From contig NC_133622.1 of the NCBI RefSeq assembly GCF_048593235.1, positions 29,698,001 to 29,762,000 of the forward strand: DNA of 64,000 nt. Reading direction: 5' to 3'. Positions 27,201 through 40,500 of the stretch are shown here, one piece after another. The notes beneath the pieces were generated by a model. That model did not search any database, was not told the DNA's origin, and saw nothing but the letters and a program-made list of their open reading frames with translations. This DNA comes from Sminthopsis crassicaudata. Lineage: Eukaryota. A program made the translations under genes and the position numbers. Each line of letters starts with the position of its first letter. The first letter of the stretch is position 1.

Positions 27201-30200
27201 ACTTTATCATATTGAGAATGTTATCTTTCTTGGGCTTTGAGTTAGCCACTGAATGAATACATTAGACACATTTGGGTTTTAGTTGGGATTTTATATAGCT
27301 TACATTTTAATTGTCTGGTTCTCTGCTGTTTCTATTAATCCATAGCATTATTTTTACAATGTTATAGTACCAATGTACTAAAAAAAAAAAAGTATATGTA
27401 TGCATATTTTCCCCTAGATAGCCCAGTTGATAAACATTTTCTAGAACACCCCTATCTTGTTCTATAAGCACTGGTGAGCTCAGCAGCAGTGTAATGAAAG
27501 GCACAGGGAATGAAGCCATCATCAGATTGGAGGACAGTGACTATAAGCCACTAAAAACAATAACAATAATCGTAATTAAAATAACAATTGGCATGTACAT
27601 AATGCTTTGAAGATGGCAAAATGCTTTAAATCCACTAATTCACTGGAGCCTTATGGCATCCCTAGGAGTCTTTGAGAGAAGAGTAATGGGAAGCTATGAA
27701 TTAGAATTAAACAGAATGAAAAGACATGTGTGAGTTAGGAACTATACTCATGGAAGGTGTAGCCACTTTGAGATAATGAGTCCACTAAAACAATAAATAT
27801 CTCATATTGTTTCATCCCGTTTCAGGGACCCTTCAGCTAGGGCCGAGAAGTATTTCCTAATACATTCCATCCACCATGAATAAACCGAATTGATCTGATC
27901 CTTCATAATTATTTGCAGGTTGCTTCCTTGAGAGGGGTGACTGTCTTGTACCTTTCTTTATCACCCATCACTTAACACAGGACCTGGCACACAGTAGGCA
28001 CTTAATAAATGTTGACTGATTGATTACCCACTCTTCAGTACAAATGCACCTCCTTCCTAGTGACTCACATGAAAACCACTTATTAGTTTTCCTTCCTTCA
28101 ACAGCTGCCTTAGGTGTTCCCAAGGTCTGCCATTGCAATGGGCCTTCTAACCAAGGACCAGGGCCTTTTTCTGAGGCAGGTCTCTTTTTTCCCCTCCTCC
28201 TGTCAATTTTTGCCTCACTTGTCATGATTGCTAGTTACAGCTGTTGCTGAGAAAAGAGAATTTCAAGGTCATGTCAACATTTAAGGCAACAGTATTCACA
28301 TAATCTTTTTGGGCTTAGCATCTAATAGTAACTGCTCCAGGATAGCTTTTGATCCACCATTAGCAATTGTAATTAATGTGAGTCTGGATTTTAGGTTCAG
28401 AAATGCTAAACCAGTGAGAGGGTGAGAGATGGTGGAAGAAATCAAAAGAAAATGAAGCAATTTCAGTAAAGAAAGATATACAACTCTATCAACTGAATTT
28501 TTTTTAAAGCAGTGAATCAAGAAAATAAATTAATAAAAATTAAAAAATTAAAAGCAATGAATCAAAAGCCCCCCCCCCCAAAAAAAATAAATAAATAAAT
28601 GATGACTCCAAAGTTGTCCACCTATAAACCTCAATTAGGTAAAGATGAAGAAAAAGTTGCTAATTTTTCGTGATCATTTTAATCCTACCACCATTTTGTC
28701 AAAGTAAATGAAATTGCTTTGACTTCCTCCTTTGGCAACAATTAATTTCACTTTGTAACTGATTTTGCTGGCCATTGATTCCAAATATAATTTATCATAT
28801 TGGAAATTCATCAAAAGTGTTTCACAAGAATGAATTAGCATGCATTTACTAAAGCATCTGGCATCATGAAAAATCAATAAGGAGAAATGATCAACAGAGT
28901 GTGCAAAACCCAATATGGAGCTGGAAGGCAGCCCGTCATAGAAGCCCGACATGTCAGATGTTGTGTATGTATCCAGTTGTCTGTACTCAGACTTGGCTGC
29001 CCTGGAGATGTTCTGAGAGACGGGCTTAAAAATGGGTTCACAAATGACTTGAACTATGTTGTTAATAGAAATATGTAAGTAAGAAAGGCAGAGCAGGATG
29101 TAGTTGGTTCATGTATTTTTTACTCTGTCTCCTAATATGTGTTTTGTAAAAATGTATTCACACAAAGATCAGAAGAGAAGGTGAAATGATGTAAATAGTT
29201 TAATTACATTAAGTTCTTAATTTTTTTCCCTAAAAAGTTGCTTAAGCTCATTAAAAAAAAAAAAAAAAAAAAAAAAAGATTTAGAAGTACAGTAAAGAGA
29301 AAAACAGTTCTCGTGACATTGGCTTTGTTTTCTAGGCATTATATCTGCTCTTTTAGTGCCAGAGGAACGAAGTGATATAAAAGTAACTCACTCTCCTGTA
29401 TGAATTTATCTGTACACTCACTCACTCATTCACTTAACAAATCAATCAGTCAATTAATCAACACATTAAGCCCACACATCTGGGAAAGTCACTTAATCTC
29501 TTAGTACTCTCTAGGCAACCAAGACTGAATTGCAGAGAAAGTGTTGATCTGGTTTAGTGAGGGGAGTTTCCTCACCAGAAAGTCCCCTATACCTATGAAA
29601 TCACAGATCCCACTCCTTTCCCTACCCTTTGCCATCTACTGCAGTGTGCTAGATGCTATGGGGAAAATAAGGCAGAGTCCTGGCTGGCCCTCACTGGAAT
29701 TGACATTCAAGTGCAGAACCAAACAACTCCAAAAGCAAGTCAAATGTTAATTATTACACTTTAAATGCAATTATTTTTAAGGAAATATTGAATATGAGCA
29801 AAATAATTAGACTTAGAGACTCGACTTTTGACTAATGAATGGGGGCACTTTTAAATGTTTTAACATTTGAGTTCATAGATCATAAATTAAAAGCTGCAAG
29901 ATACAATAGAGTTCTAACCTTCTTATTTTATAAAAGAAGAACCTGAGTTTTAAGGAGGTAAAGTGATTTACCCAAGATTCCTCAGGTATTAAGATGGTTA
30001 AACTGAGAGCTCAATAAATATGCCCAAGTCAGATTTATATGTGTTCCTCAGTGTTAAACTCATCCCTTACACAGCTCTTTCTTTTCAATCAATTGTTCTG
30101 ATTTCTTCCTGATATCCATCCCTTTCTCCACTTCTGATTTTAAAATCAGGTGAGCTACTTGATCTCATCTCTCCTAAGACTCATCATGAAACAAACAGCA

Positions 30201-31469
30201 ACATCAAAGGGAACTGCCATACTGATATAGGAAAGAACAGGATGAGAAATTAACTCAGTCTCTCTCTGATGCCATAGCACCTAACAGCCAGCTGAAAGAA
30301 AAAGCCTGCTAACTTCCCCTTTAAGCTACTGAATCCAAGGAACAAAGGTTGAAGCTAACTTAAATCAATCATTCCAAAGGTGGATGGCCTTGTACAAGAG
30401 AAATGGTAACCTTGGGGGGGAAAAAATCATAAAAAAACCTGTTGTGTAATGCTCATGGTACAAAATTACAGAAGTAATTTTTTTTTCCCTGTAGACCACC
30501 TGATGAGCTACAGATTAGAAGCAGCAAATGGGTTTTACTATAAATATCAAACTCACTATCTCTAAGCAATACTTTCACCTCGATATTTGGCAAATACTAT
30601 AAACTTCTAACTACCAGGGTGCTTCCAAACCCATCCCCCTTCTTTGCATGTGAATAGAGAAGCTCTCTCCAATCCAAAGTAAAGATGACCTTAGATACAG
30701 TGATAGCCTCTTCAAATAACAAAAAAAAAAAAAAAAAAGGTGAAAGAAACTCCAAAGTACATCAAGGTCACCCAGTGAAGTGAACCGTATATACAGTGTA
30801 GATAATTTTCTTAGAAAGCTCATTGGAGAAGCCCTATGGGAGCCAATGCTTGCTGGGTTTCCATCTTATGGTTTCTGAGAGAACCAAGGTTTTTACCATT
30901 GCTTCTGCTTGGATGTCAACTTTTACATATCCTAGCGAAGGAAACATCATTAGCTAACACGGGATTCATGTCAAAAGTCTAGTAGGAATGGGTGATGAAT
31001 TTGCTTTGTGTCTCACATTTGTGTGGGATGGAATATTTTCAAGATTTTCAACAATGGGGCTAGGGGTTAGAGTCTGGATCTAGTAGCACAGGAAAGCCAC
31101 AAGCTTACAAAACAAGAAACTTTCAAGAAGCCTTGCAGTGGTCAAGCTAGTTCTATCACAGCTTCATTTTAAAAATATGGATGCTATTTGGATTTCAGCC
31201 TGAAAACTCTGTTTGCCTTGTAAGCTTAGCAGTTTGGAAGGAAGCCCTGATGAGACTAAATCTCATTGTTCAGGTATCTTTACTATGGCTAAAACAGCCA
31301 CAAATTCTTAAGTCTGCTGAGGACAAATACTGATTATAAATAAAGACAGAGAATTTCTTGAATTCTTACTAAAAAGCCTGAATATCAGTAGTGATTCCAA
31401 ACATAGAATAGGGAAACCTCCATTAAGATCATCAATTCTACTTCTCAGGAGGCTTTGTCTCTCTCTGGC

Positions 31470-31524
<55 letters not shown>

Positions 31525-34500
31525 TAGATACAGATATATAGAGATAATTTCCCAATATTAAATGTTGAGCTTCAGAACCAATCAGAACTGGTCCTAGAAC
31601 CTTCAGAATCTCACACTAGAAGTTTAACACGAAATAACAACAACAATAATATACTACTTATGTATACAGCTTTAAAGCAGTATGTGAATTCTCAGATTCT
31701 GTATAGTGGAACATGGCAAGCTGTTTCCCTCATAAAGTCCATCATGCTAACTTTAGTCAATGATTCCTTCCCTCCTTCACTGCCCAAATCTCCATTTATT
31801 ATCTGTGCCATACATTTGGCATCTTCTTGTTTTGTTTTGCATTTCAATGCTTTCATATAGGAAGTTTCATTTAATTGATCAAATATTGGAATTACACTTG
31901 GGAAGCCTGGGGTTCAAATTCTGTGTCAGACATTATGTAAATCTACACAAGACATTTAATTTCTCTGGATCTCAGTTTCCTCATTTGTAAAATGAGGAGT
32001 TAGATTTGATGAGACATTTCTAGCTCTAAAGAGATGAAACTCTCTTAACATCAGTTTCCTTATATATAAAATAGGGAATAATAGCGCCTACTTCATAGAG
32101 TAACTGAAAGGATCAAATAAGATAATACAGGTAAAGCACTTTGCAAATATTAAAACTATTATACATATAAATTATTATCATATTATTCCCTAATTTGTTT
32201 AGTGAATTTGCATATTATCTTCCCAACAATATTTTAAAATCTCTAATGTCAAAGAAAACCATTTTAGCCAATTCAAATAAAAAAAAAGAGAAACTCAGTC
32301 ATACCTAAAAGTCCCGTTGCCTACATATTGACTTAGAAAAATGCATAGTAACATTATCTATATTCTATTGTATTTTTGTTTACTTCTTTGAATATTTCCC
32401 AATTACATTTTCATTTTATTCCAATCCCACTGAGTGTTTGATATGTTTGCTATAAATGACTCACATTGTCTAGTATTATTACAGGAGGGGTTCAATGAAT
32501 AATACTCTTTGAATGATTAAAGAAAGAGTGGAAGGAAATAGTCATTTATTAAGCATCTACTATGTGCTAAGCTTTTACAAATGCTATTTCTTTATTGTAT
32601 TTCCTAACAGAAGCGGTTAGATGGCACCATAGTGCACAGAAAGCTGGGCCTGAAATCAGGAAGACCTGAATTCAAATTCTAATACTAGCTATGTGACTCT
32701 GGATAAGTCATTTTACCTGTATTTCCCTCAGTTTCTGACACAGTATAATGAGAATAATAATAGCATCGGACAGGATAGTTGTGAAGAATAAATGAGATCA
32801 TGTAGGTAAAGTGTTTAGCACAGTAGTTGGCACACAGTAGGTACTTAATAATTGATTTGATTGTGGCTTGGCAAGAATATCCCTGTGTAACTCTTTCATT
32901 AAATAAGATTTACCTTCACTCTTCTGGTTTCAAGGGGGGGGGGGGGGCAGAAGTTGCCATATAGCAAGATTGTGCCTGTGCAGGATTCCCCACGAAAATT
33001 CCCTCCCCTTTCCATGTCACTAATACAGCCAATGAAGGGATATTCCATAAACAAATTTATTGATGTAGTGCTACAATAAGTTCTAATAATACTTTCTTCT
33101 TATCAGGCTCACGCCAAAGTCTGGCATAACTACAATACAAACTTTCGGCCACATCAGAAAGGTTTGTTATCGATCACCTTGGGATCCCACTGGATTGTAC
33201 CAAACAAATCAGAAAACAATCTGGATGTCCTTAAGTGCCAACAATCCATGACTTCTGTGATGGGATGGTTTGCCAATCCCATCCATGGGGATGGAGACTA
33301 TCCAAAAATCATGAAGAAATTACTTCCTCTTCTCCCTCAGTTCTCTGAAGCTGAGAAAACTCAAGTGAGGGGTACAGCTGATTTCTTTGCCTTTTCCTTT
33401 GGACCCAATAATTTCAAACCTCCAAGTACCATGTCAAAAATGGGGCAAAATGTATCGCTCAATTTAAGAGAAGTACTAAAGTGGATTAAACTGGAATACA
33501 ACAACCCAGAGATCCTCATAACTGAGAATGGCTGGTTCACAGACAATCACGTGAAAACAGAAGACACAACAGCAATCTACATGATGAAGAATTTCCTTAA
33601 TAAGGTTCTTCAAGGTAGGTTGAACATCAGCTCCAAATTTCTTTCATATTAACATCATGGATACTTAAAGAATCTGAGGGTTGGGATAATTTTTTTCCCA
33701 AAGTGACGTAAGTTAGATATTGAGTTGATTTTGATATACTATGAAAAAGATAGAAATTTCTTTATAATGTGAACAAAACATTTCTTTCCATATCATATCC
33801 ATATATCTATCCCTATTCTAGAACCTGCATATATACATAGCAAATATTAACAAGTATTTGCTGAGTTGAGTTGATACTAGAAAAACATCCAAGAAAGCAG
33901 GATGTTACTATTTCTTGTTTCATTATCACAAATTAATAAAATATATTTGAAAAACGGGCAGCATGCCATAGTGGATCAGAAAACCTGAGTTAGAATCTTC
34001 GTCCCTTCACTTATTGGCTATGTGACTCCTGAGCAAGTTATTTGATCTCGGTATCTTGGATTTCTCATTTGTTAAATGGGCATAATAATGCTTGCATGAA
34101 ATTACCTACATCATAGGGTTATTGTTGGAAAAGAGTTTCATGAACTTTTTAAAATTATAAACCCATTTACTCTGACAGGGATCCAAGTAACAGAAAAGTA
34201 TACTCAGTATACAAGACAAAACTGTATGTCTGTCCTTTCCATATAGCCAGGGCTCCTGACTGATCAGTCAACATTTATTTAATAAATGCTTGTCATGTTC
34301 TAGGCCCAGAGTCAAATTCCAAGAGTACGAAGGGGGAAAAACAGGCAAGAAAAATCTCTGCCTTCAAGGAGCTTATAATCTAATAGTGGAGATAAGATGC
34401 CAAAAGCTATGCATAAACAAAATAAATGCAAGATAAACTGGAGATAATCTTGAAAGAATCAACATGATGGTTGTAGACTTGATGGTTAATATTTTACTTC

Positions 34501-37500
34501 TCATTCCCCATCCATCATGTATATAGTGACATAGGCTTTTCTTGTCGTTGTTGTTGTTTTTAACTACAATAATGTGATGAAAGGAAAAACTAGTTTCCCC
34601 AGGAAAGTTGTGTACCAACTTATTCAAATTAATAGAATATCAATACAATCAATACCTTAATACTAGCTAATCACTTGAATCTGGCATACCTTGTATATGT
34701 TTTAGTGGAACTGGAAAGTATGTTTTCTGTTACCCTAAAGGAAAAGTCAAAGTCTGGTAGGAAGAGAGACATACAGGGGTTTCCAAGTCTCCTTGTAGCA
34801 TCCATGTTCTGTGTCTGTGGGGATGAGGAGTATTGACAGTGTAGGACAGTACCTATTGGATGAACTCACACACACATCTTCTCTAGGAGTGCAAAGGGAG
34901 CAGGCGAATTCTTCTCAAGGTCACAATGGACCAAAGGAGCAGATTTTTTAAAGCTCTCTACTGAAGTGTTCATCTCCTTGGAGTGTATTGTTTAAAAAAG
35001 GGGGGGGGAGAGGTTGGGAGAATTAAGATATTCTCTAAAAATGTAGATATATAGCCTCATTCTAACAGACATTATAACTTATTCATAAAGATTTTTCATA
35101 GACTTTGCCTCAGAGTTGGGAAAACAGTGGATGGTTTGGAGGTGAGAAGTAATCCTAACTCTAACACAGACTGTATCACTTAATGGACAAATCTAAACTT
35201 AATCTCAGTAGCTCTGGGCAAATCTTTGAGGCAATTTTGAGCCAGTTAAATCTGGATAATAATAATATTTCATTCTTACTCAAGCCATTAATGTTGATAA
35301 ATTATAGCATTTTAGCACATGAAGAAACCTTATCTAGTTTAGCCCCCTAATTTTATAAATGAGACCTGTGGAGATTAAGTGATTTGCTCATGCTTACAAA
35401 TTGCAGATTTGGGGACTACAATCCAGGTCAAAAGTTTTTCTATTATATTACTGCCCCTCTTTCTCACCCTTGTCCCAGGGAGTTTTTCGTTGACAAAAAT
35501 CACACTAGCTCTTTTAGTCAAAACAAGATTTTGAAAATATATTTTAAAAATGTCTCCTAAATAGGCAAAGAACATTCATTCAACAAGCATTTATTAAGTA
35601 CCTACTTTAATTAATTTACTTAGTGAAAAATATAAAGATATACTCCATTTCCTGTCATCAAGAAGTTTCCAATCTAATAGGGAAAATAAGATATTCAGGT
35701 AAATAATAATACAATGATACAAAACAACATATTAATAGAAAATAGTACATATTTAACTCATTGTCCTTAATTTTCAGAGAGGACCAACTCATAACAGAAA
35801 GGTGATGTCTTGACTTGCAATTGGATTTAAGCGAGGGTGATTTTGTGCAAACTCACCAGCCTGACTTTCTCCTGCAGAGACATCTGGGTCCAGTGGCCAG
35901 ACTTAGATACCAAAGACTGGAGAAGCCCCAGTATGCGATGGGAGATCTTGACCTTTTCCAGGTCTCAGTTTGTCTGAGGCAACATCCATTCAATGATTAA
36001 GGCTAAATGAGGCCCCAAAAATGACTTCTTTTACTTATTCAAAGTAAAAATCTATCTGGATGAGGAAGACCCTCAGGGTTTCTGGCCAGAATAAAAATAA
36101 TTGCTATTTACACTCACTCTATGCCATCAAAACCGGAAAAAATGATCCGGGGAGGCTTGGAGTAGGACCCAGTATTGGCCAGTGAGAACAAGAGTCATTT
36201 AAGACACGGTCGAGTAGCTTCATTTGAATTCCAATGACTTTTATCAAAGACTGGTTTTCTAGTGCTGTATTTCAAGAAATCATAAATCAAAATGTGAGGC
36301 AAAAATTGTCAATTTTTTTCTTTTTAAATGGTAGAATAAATAAGTAGAGAAGAAAAAAAAAAGTCTAGCTCATAAATCCTCAGATACCTTGCAAGGTTTT
36401 AGAAATCCATTGGGCAAGGATAATGTACAGAGTTTGGTGACATGTTTTGGATAAAAACAACTGATTTTTGGGAAGTGATTATTGCTCTGGAAATTAGGTA
36501 AGTTTATGTCATGCAATGCCCCATATCATAATGGACACTGTTAATGAATTTTCACACCTTAGACAAGTGAGATCTTTAAAACTAATTAGTGCCTTCCCTC
36601 TATTAATAATCTCCAATTTATTGAAGTAGATTTCATTTATACATATCTGTTTGTATTGCCTCCCCCATTAGAGTGCAAGCTCCTTGAGGGAAGTTCCCTT
36701 TTTGCCTTTCTTTGTATCTTCAGCACTCTGTGCAACGCGCGAAACATATTAGTCTTGTAACTATGTTTATTTTAACACATGTTTATTGACAGATGTGAGA
36801 ACACTCAAATCAATTGCAATTTCTTTTCTTTCCCCTGCAGCAATAAAACATGATGAAATAAGGGTGTTCGGTTACACAGCATGGTCTCTGCTGGACGGCT
36901 TCGAATGGCAAGATGCTTATACCACCAGACGGGGCCTGTTTTATGTGGACTTCCGAAGCAAACAGAAGGAGAGAAAGCCCAAGTCCTCGGCACACTACTA
37001 CAAACAAATCATAAAGGACAATGGATTCCTCTTCAAAGAGTCCACACCTGATGTGCAGGGGCAGTTCCCCTGTGACTTTTCCTGGGGCATTACTGAATCT
37101 GTTTTGAAGGTAAGCTGCCATGGATCATGAAGGGTTCCCCACCATGGATCACTGAGGGGGGTTCCCGTCATGGATCAGTGAGAGGGGTTTCCCGCCATGG
37201 ATCAGTGAGGGGGGTTCCTTGCCATGGATCAGTGAACCGGGTTCCCTGCCATGGATCAGTGAGGAGGGTTTCCCGCCATGGATCAGTGAGGGGGGTTTCC
37301 CGCCATGGATCAGTGAGGAGGGTTTCCCGCCATGGATCAGTGAGGAGGGTTTCCCGCCATGGATCAGTGAGGAGGGTTTCCCGCCATGGATCAGTGAGAG
37401 GGGTTTCCCGCCATGGATCAGTGAGGGGGGTTCCTTGCCATGGATCAGTGAACCAGGTTCCCTGCCATGGATCAGTGAGGAGGGTTTCCCGTCAAGGATC

Positions 37501-40500
37501 AGTGAGAAGGGTTTCCCACCATGGATCAGTGAGAGGGGTTCCCTGCCATGGATCAGTGAGGGGGGTTTCCCGCCATGGATTAGTGAGAAGGGTTTCCCGC
37601 CATGAATCAGTGAGGGGGGTTTCCCGCCATGGATCAGTGAGGGGGGTTCCTTGCCATGGATCAGTGAACCGGGTTCCCTGCCATGGATCAGTGAGGAGGG
37701 TTTCCCGCCATGGATCAGTGAGGGGGGTTTCCCGCCATGGATCAGTGAGGAGGATTTCCCGTCAAGGATCAGTGAGAAGAGTTTCCCACCATGGATCAGT
37801 GAGGGGGGTTCCTTGCCATGTATCAGTGAACCGGGTTCCCTGCCATGGATCAGAAAGAGGAGTTCCCCGCCATGGATGAAAGAGAGGGGTTCCCCTCGAA
37901 AAGCAGTGGGCGGGTGATGGGTTGACCTTGTCAGGGAGACCCGGTGGCTGGGTTTAGAGCGGGCAGTGCTTGGCGGTGATTGGAGAATTCTGATCCTTCC
38001 TCCAGGGCACATCCCTCCCCAGCTCTAACTGCTGGTGATGGTACAGGATTATGAGGTTCCGGCAAATGATACAAGGGACAGCCGGGGCAGTTCTTGTTCT
38101 TGGGGGAAGTTGTCAGGGATCGCAGCCACAGCTCCGCGTACAACCGAAGGCCTCAGCGGGCCGTTTTCTCGTTCTCTTGTCTGTAAGCCGAGAAGTGGAT
38201 CTTTAAGGCCATTCTTCGGGCGGCGGCCAGAAGCCGCGAGCCTCGCAGGTTTAGGGTGAGCCGCTGGTCCAAGGCAGTTAGGGATCTCTCGAGATCCTTA
38301 ACCTCTCTTGGCCCAAAGCAGCCGGACGGTGGAATGGGCGGGGCCGCGGAATAGGGCGGGGCCGCATCCCGTAAGCTCCTCCCAGACTCCGTACCCGGCT
38401 CCGCCCAGATCCAGGCGCCATCTTCACACACTAAGGATAGCGGAATGGGGGGGAGGAGGTGCGGCCGGGAGCTTTCCCAAGATTTCATTCTGCTGGTGAG
38501 GAGAAAGAAACAAAAGACAGACATAGAGTGAGATCTGAAGGAGCCGAGTTGTAGCTTGTCCTGTCAGGGGGAGTCCTTGATGCAGGTTTGCTGTCTGATC
38601 GGAGGGGGTGGGAAGGATGGGGGAGGGGGGATGCCACACGGAATCAATCCCAGCTTCTGCCATTGAGGCCACTTTGGAACTTTGGGGAAGGGGAGCCTTC
38701 CCGATTCTGCGCACCAGGGCGCCCCGTAGCGGCCGAAGAGGCCCCAAACCAGCTTTGTTTTCCGCAGGAATCATTTTTTAAAAATAGATAAGAAAGGAAG
38801 TCACATTTCCAGGTCTCCCAAGCTAGTCAGCTCTGTCCTAGAAACTGACTGGAAGCCTTTCCAGGAAAATCTTCAGGAAGGCTCGGCCAGCGGGCAGCCC
38901 TGCTTTCCCTGTCCCTAAACCTCTGACAGGGTCTCCGACAGCAGATCCCCCGGGGGCCTGAGGCCGAATGAACATGTCCCTGGGACAACGTTTTAAACAT
39001 ACATCAGACGCAGAGGGCAGCACACTTTAGCAGGGTCAGAAGGCAGGCCGCGGGAGCCCGCGCCGGTCTAAAGCATCCGAGGTGACTGGTTTGGATGTTC
39101 CCGAATCTGATGCTGTGTGACCCCGGCCCGGGGGCCCCCGTAACGTTAGGGCCTCTGGGGTCCCTTCCAGCTCTGCAGGCCGGAGCGACGTCCCCTGGCT
39201 GCGTCCCTTAGCCAGCCCGGCCTTTTCATTCTAGATGTCCTGTCATCAGTCACCACAGCTCATCTATTCTGGATTATGGGAAGCCATTCCCTGGGAAGTC
39301 CCTGAATTCAAGGAACTGATTGACAATGGGGCGGGAAGGGAACAAGCTGTCCCCACGGGAAAAATGGCCCCAGTTGTATATCATAAAGGGCAAGTATCAC
39401 ATAGAGAGCTGGGAGGAGAATCAGGAGAGTTTGGGGAAGGCTTTATTCTGAAGGGTGGATAGGATTTGGAAGGGGAAAGTGGGCAGGGAGTCATGGCAAA
39501 ATGAAGGCGATTATGAGTGGGAGGCAGGAATAAGCCAATCTGACTGCCGGGGATGGGGTTTATGTAAGGAAACCGGAGATGAGTTTGCTGGAGAATGCCA
39601 TACAGTGATTGTCTAAACAGACCAGTCATCTCCTTCTGAAGAGTCCTTAAAGTGTTTGAACTAAAAACACAAGGAAAACAGTGTTTTAGGAAGATGAATA
39701 AGAACACAGCGCCTCCTCTGGATCCTTCTCTCCTTCATCCAGACCGGCCAGATTCACTGATGAGGTCGTGATCAGCCTGTCTCCTTTAATTTTGTGCTAA
39801 ATCTTACCTCGGCATGTACATGTACAATCTCCTCGATGGGCAAGTGATCATTTTTGAAGAATTCTCCCAGTCAACAGTCTTTCTTCAGGGTAGTTTAAAT
39901 GTAGGATTGTCTGAGGAAAGGGAGATGAGGAAAGTGATGGGCAAAGGGCTTCTAGTGACCTGTTTCCAATAGTGCTTTCATAAACTTAAATAGCACTGAA
40001 CCTGGCCATCATCCAGGCTAGAAATTTACTTAAATAGTTATGTACACACAGATTTAGGCTAATGTATATCTAAATAATCAATGTTCTTGGACTTTAATGT
40101 CCTAAATAACTATTTGACAGATGGCAAATCTGAAAGCTCATAATCACGTTATGGAAGCGGGGTGTGCGTAAGGGAGGTATTTACTGAAAAGTTAATTGTC
40201 ACTTAGCCCAGGTACATTTAATTCTACTTGTGGGTATGTGTAGGGGGGGGGAAGCTTTTCAGCACATGAGGAATTGTGTCCTAATTAGCATCAAATTTGG
40301 GGAACATTTCTCCCAAGCCATGTTCTGTTGCGTTTAATTGTTTTAAGCCTCCCAGGAGCATGAGTAACAGCTTCTCTAGACAGAAATGTGTCAGACTAGC
40401 AAAAGGTCGAAGGGGTCCTGAGTTCTTAAAGTTCTGCTTTGCCTGATGACATGTCTGTCTGCAAGTAGCTGCAGGTGTCTAGATTGTAGAGAAATGAGTT

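Noticed and set aside
37117-37895. CRISPR-like appearance of the repeat array
   Set aside because: Units are head-to-tail with no unique spacers, the DNA is mammalian, and there are no cas genes.
37127-38012. Long ORFs of 250 aa (+) and 287 aa (-) with 9-aa repeats
   Set aside because: They are translations of the 27-bp minisatellite; a stop-free unit whose length is a multiple of 3 automatically gives long ORFs. There is no independent evidence of coding.
39350-39600. Minus-strand LTR-like layout (CATAAA, AATAAA at 39447-39442, ...TACA end followed by TGGGGCC)
   Set aside because: The putative primer-binding site TGGGGCCATTTTTCCCGT matches no tRNA 3' end I know, and no second LTR or TSD was found.
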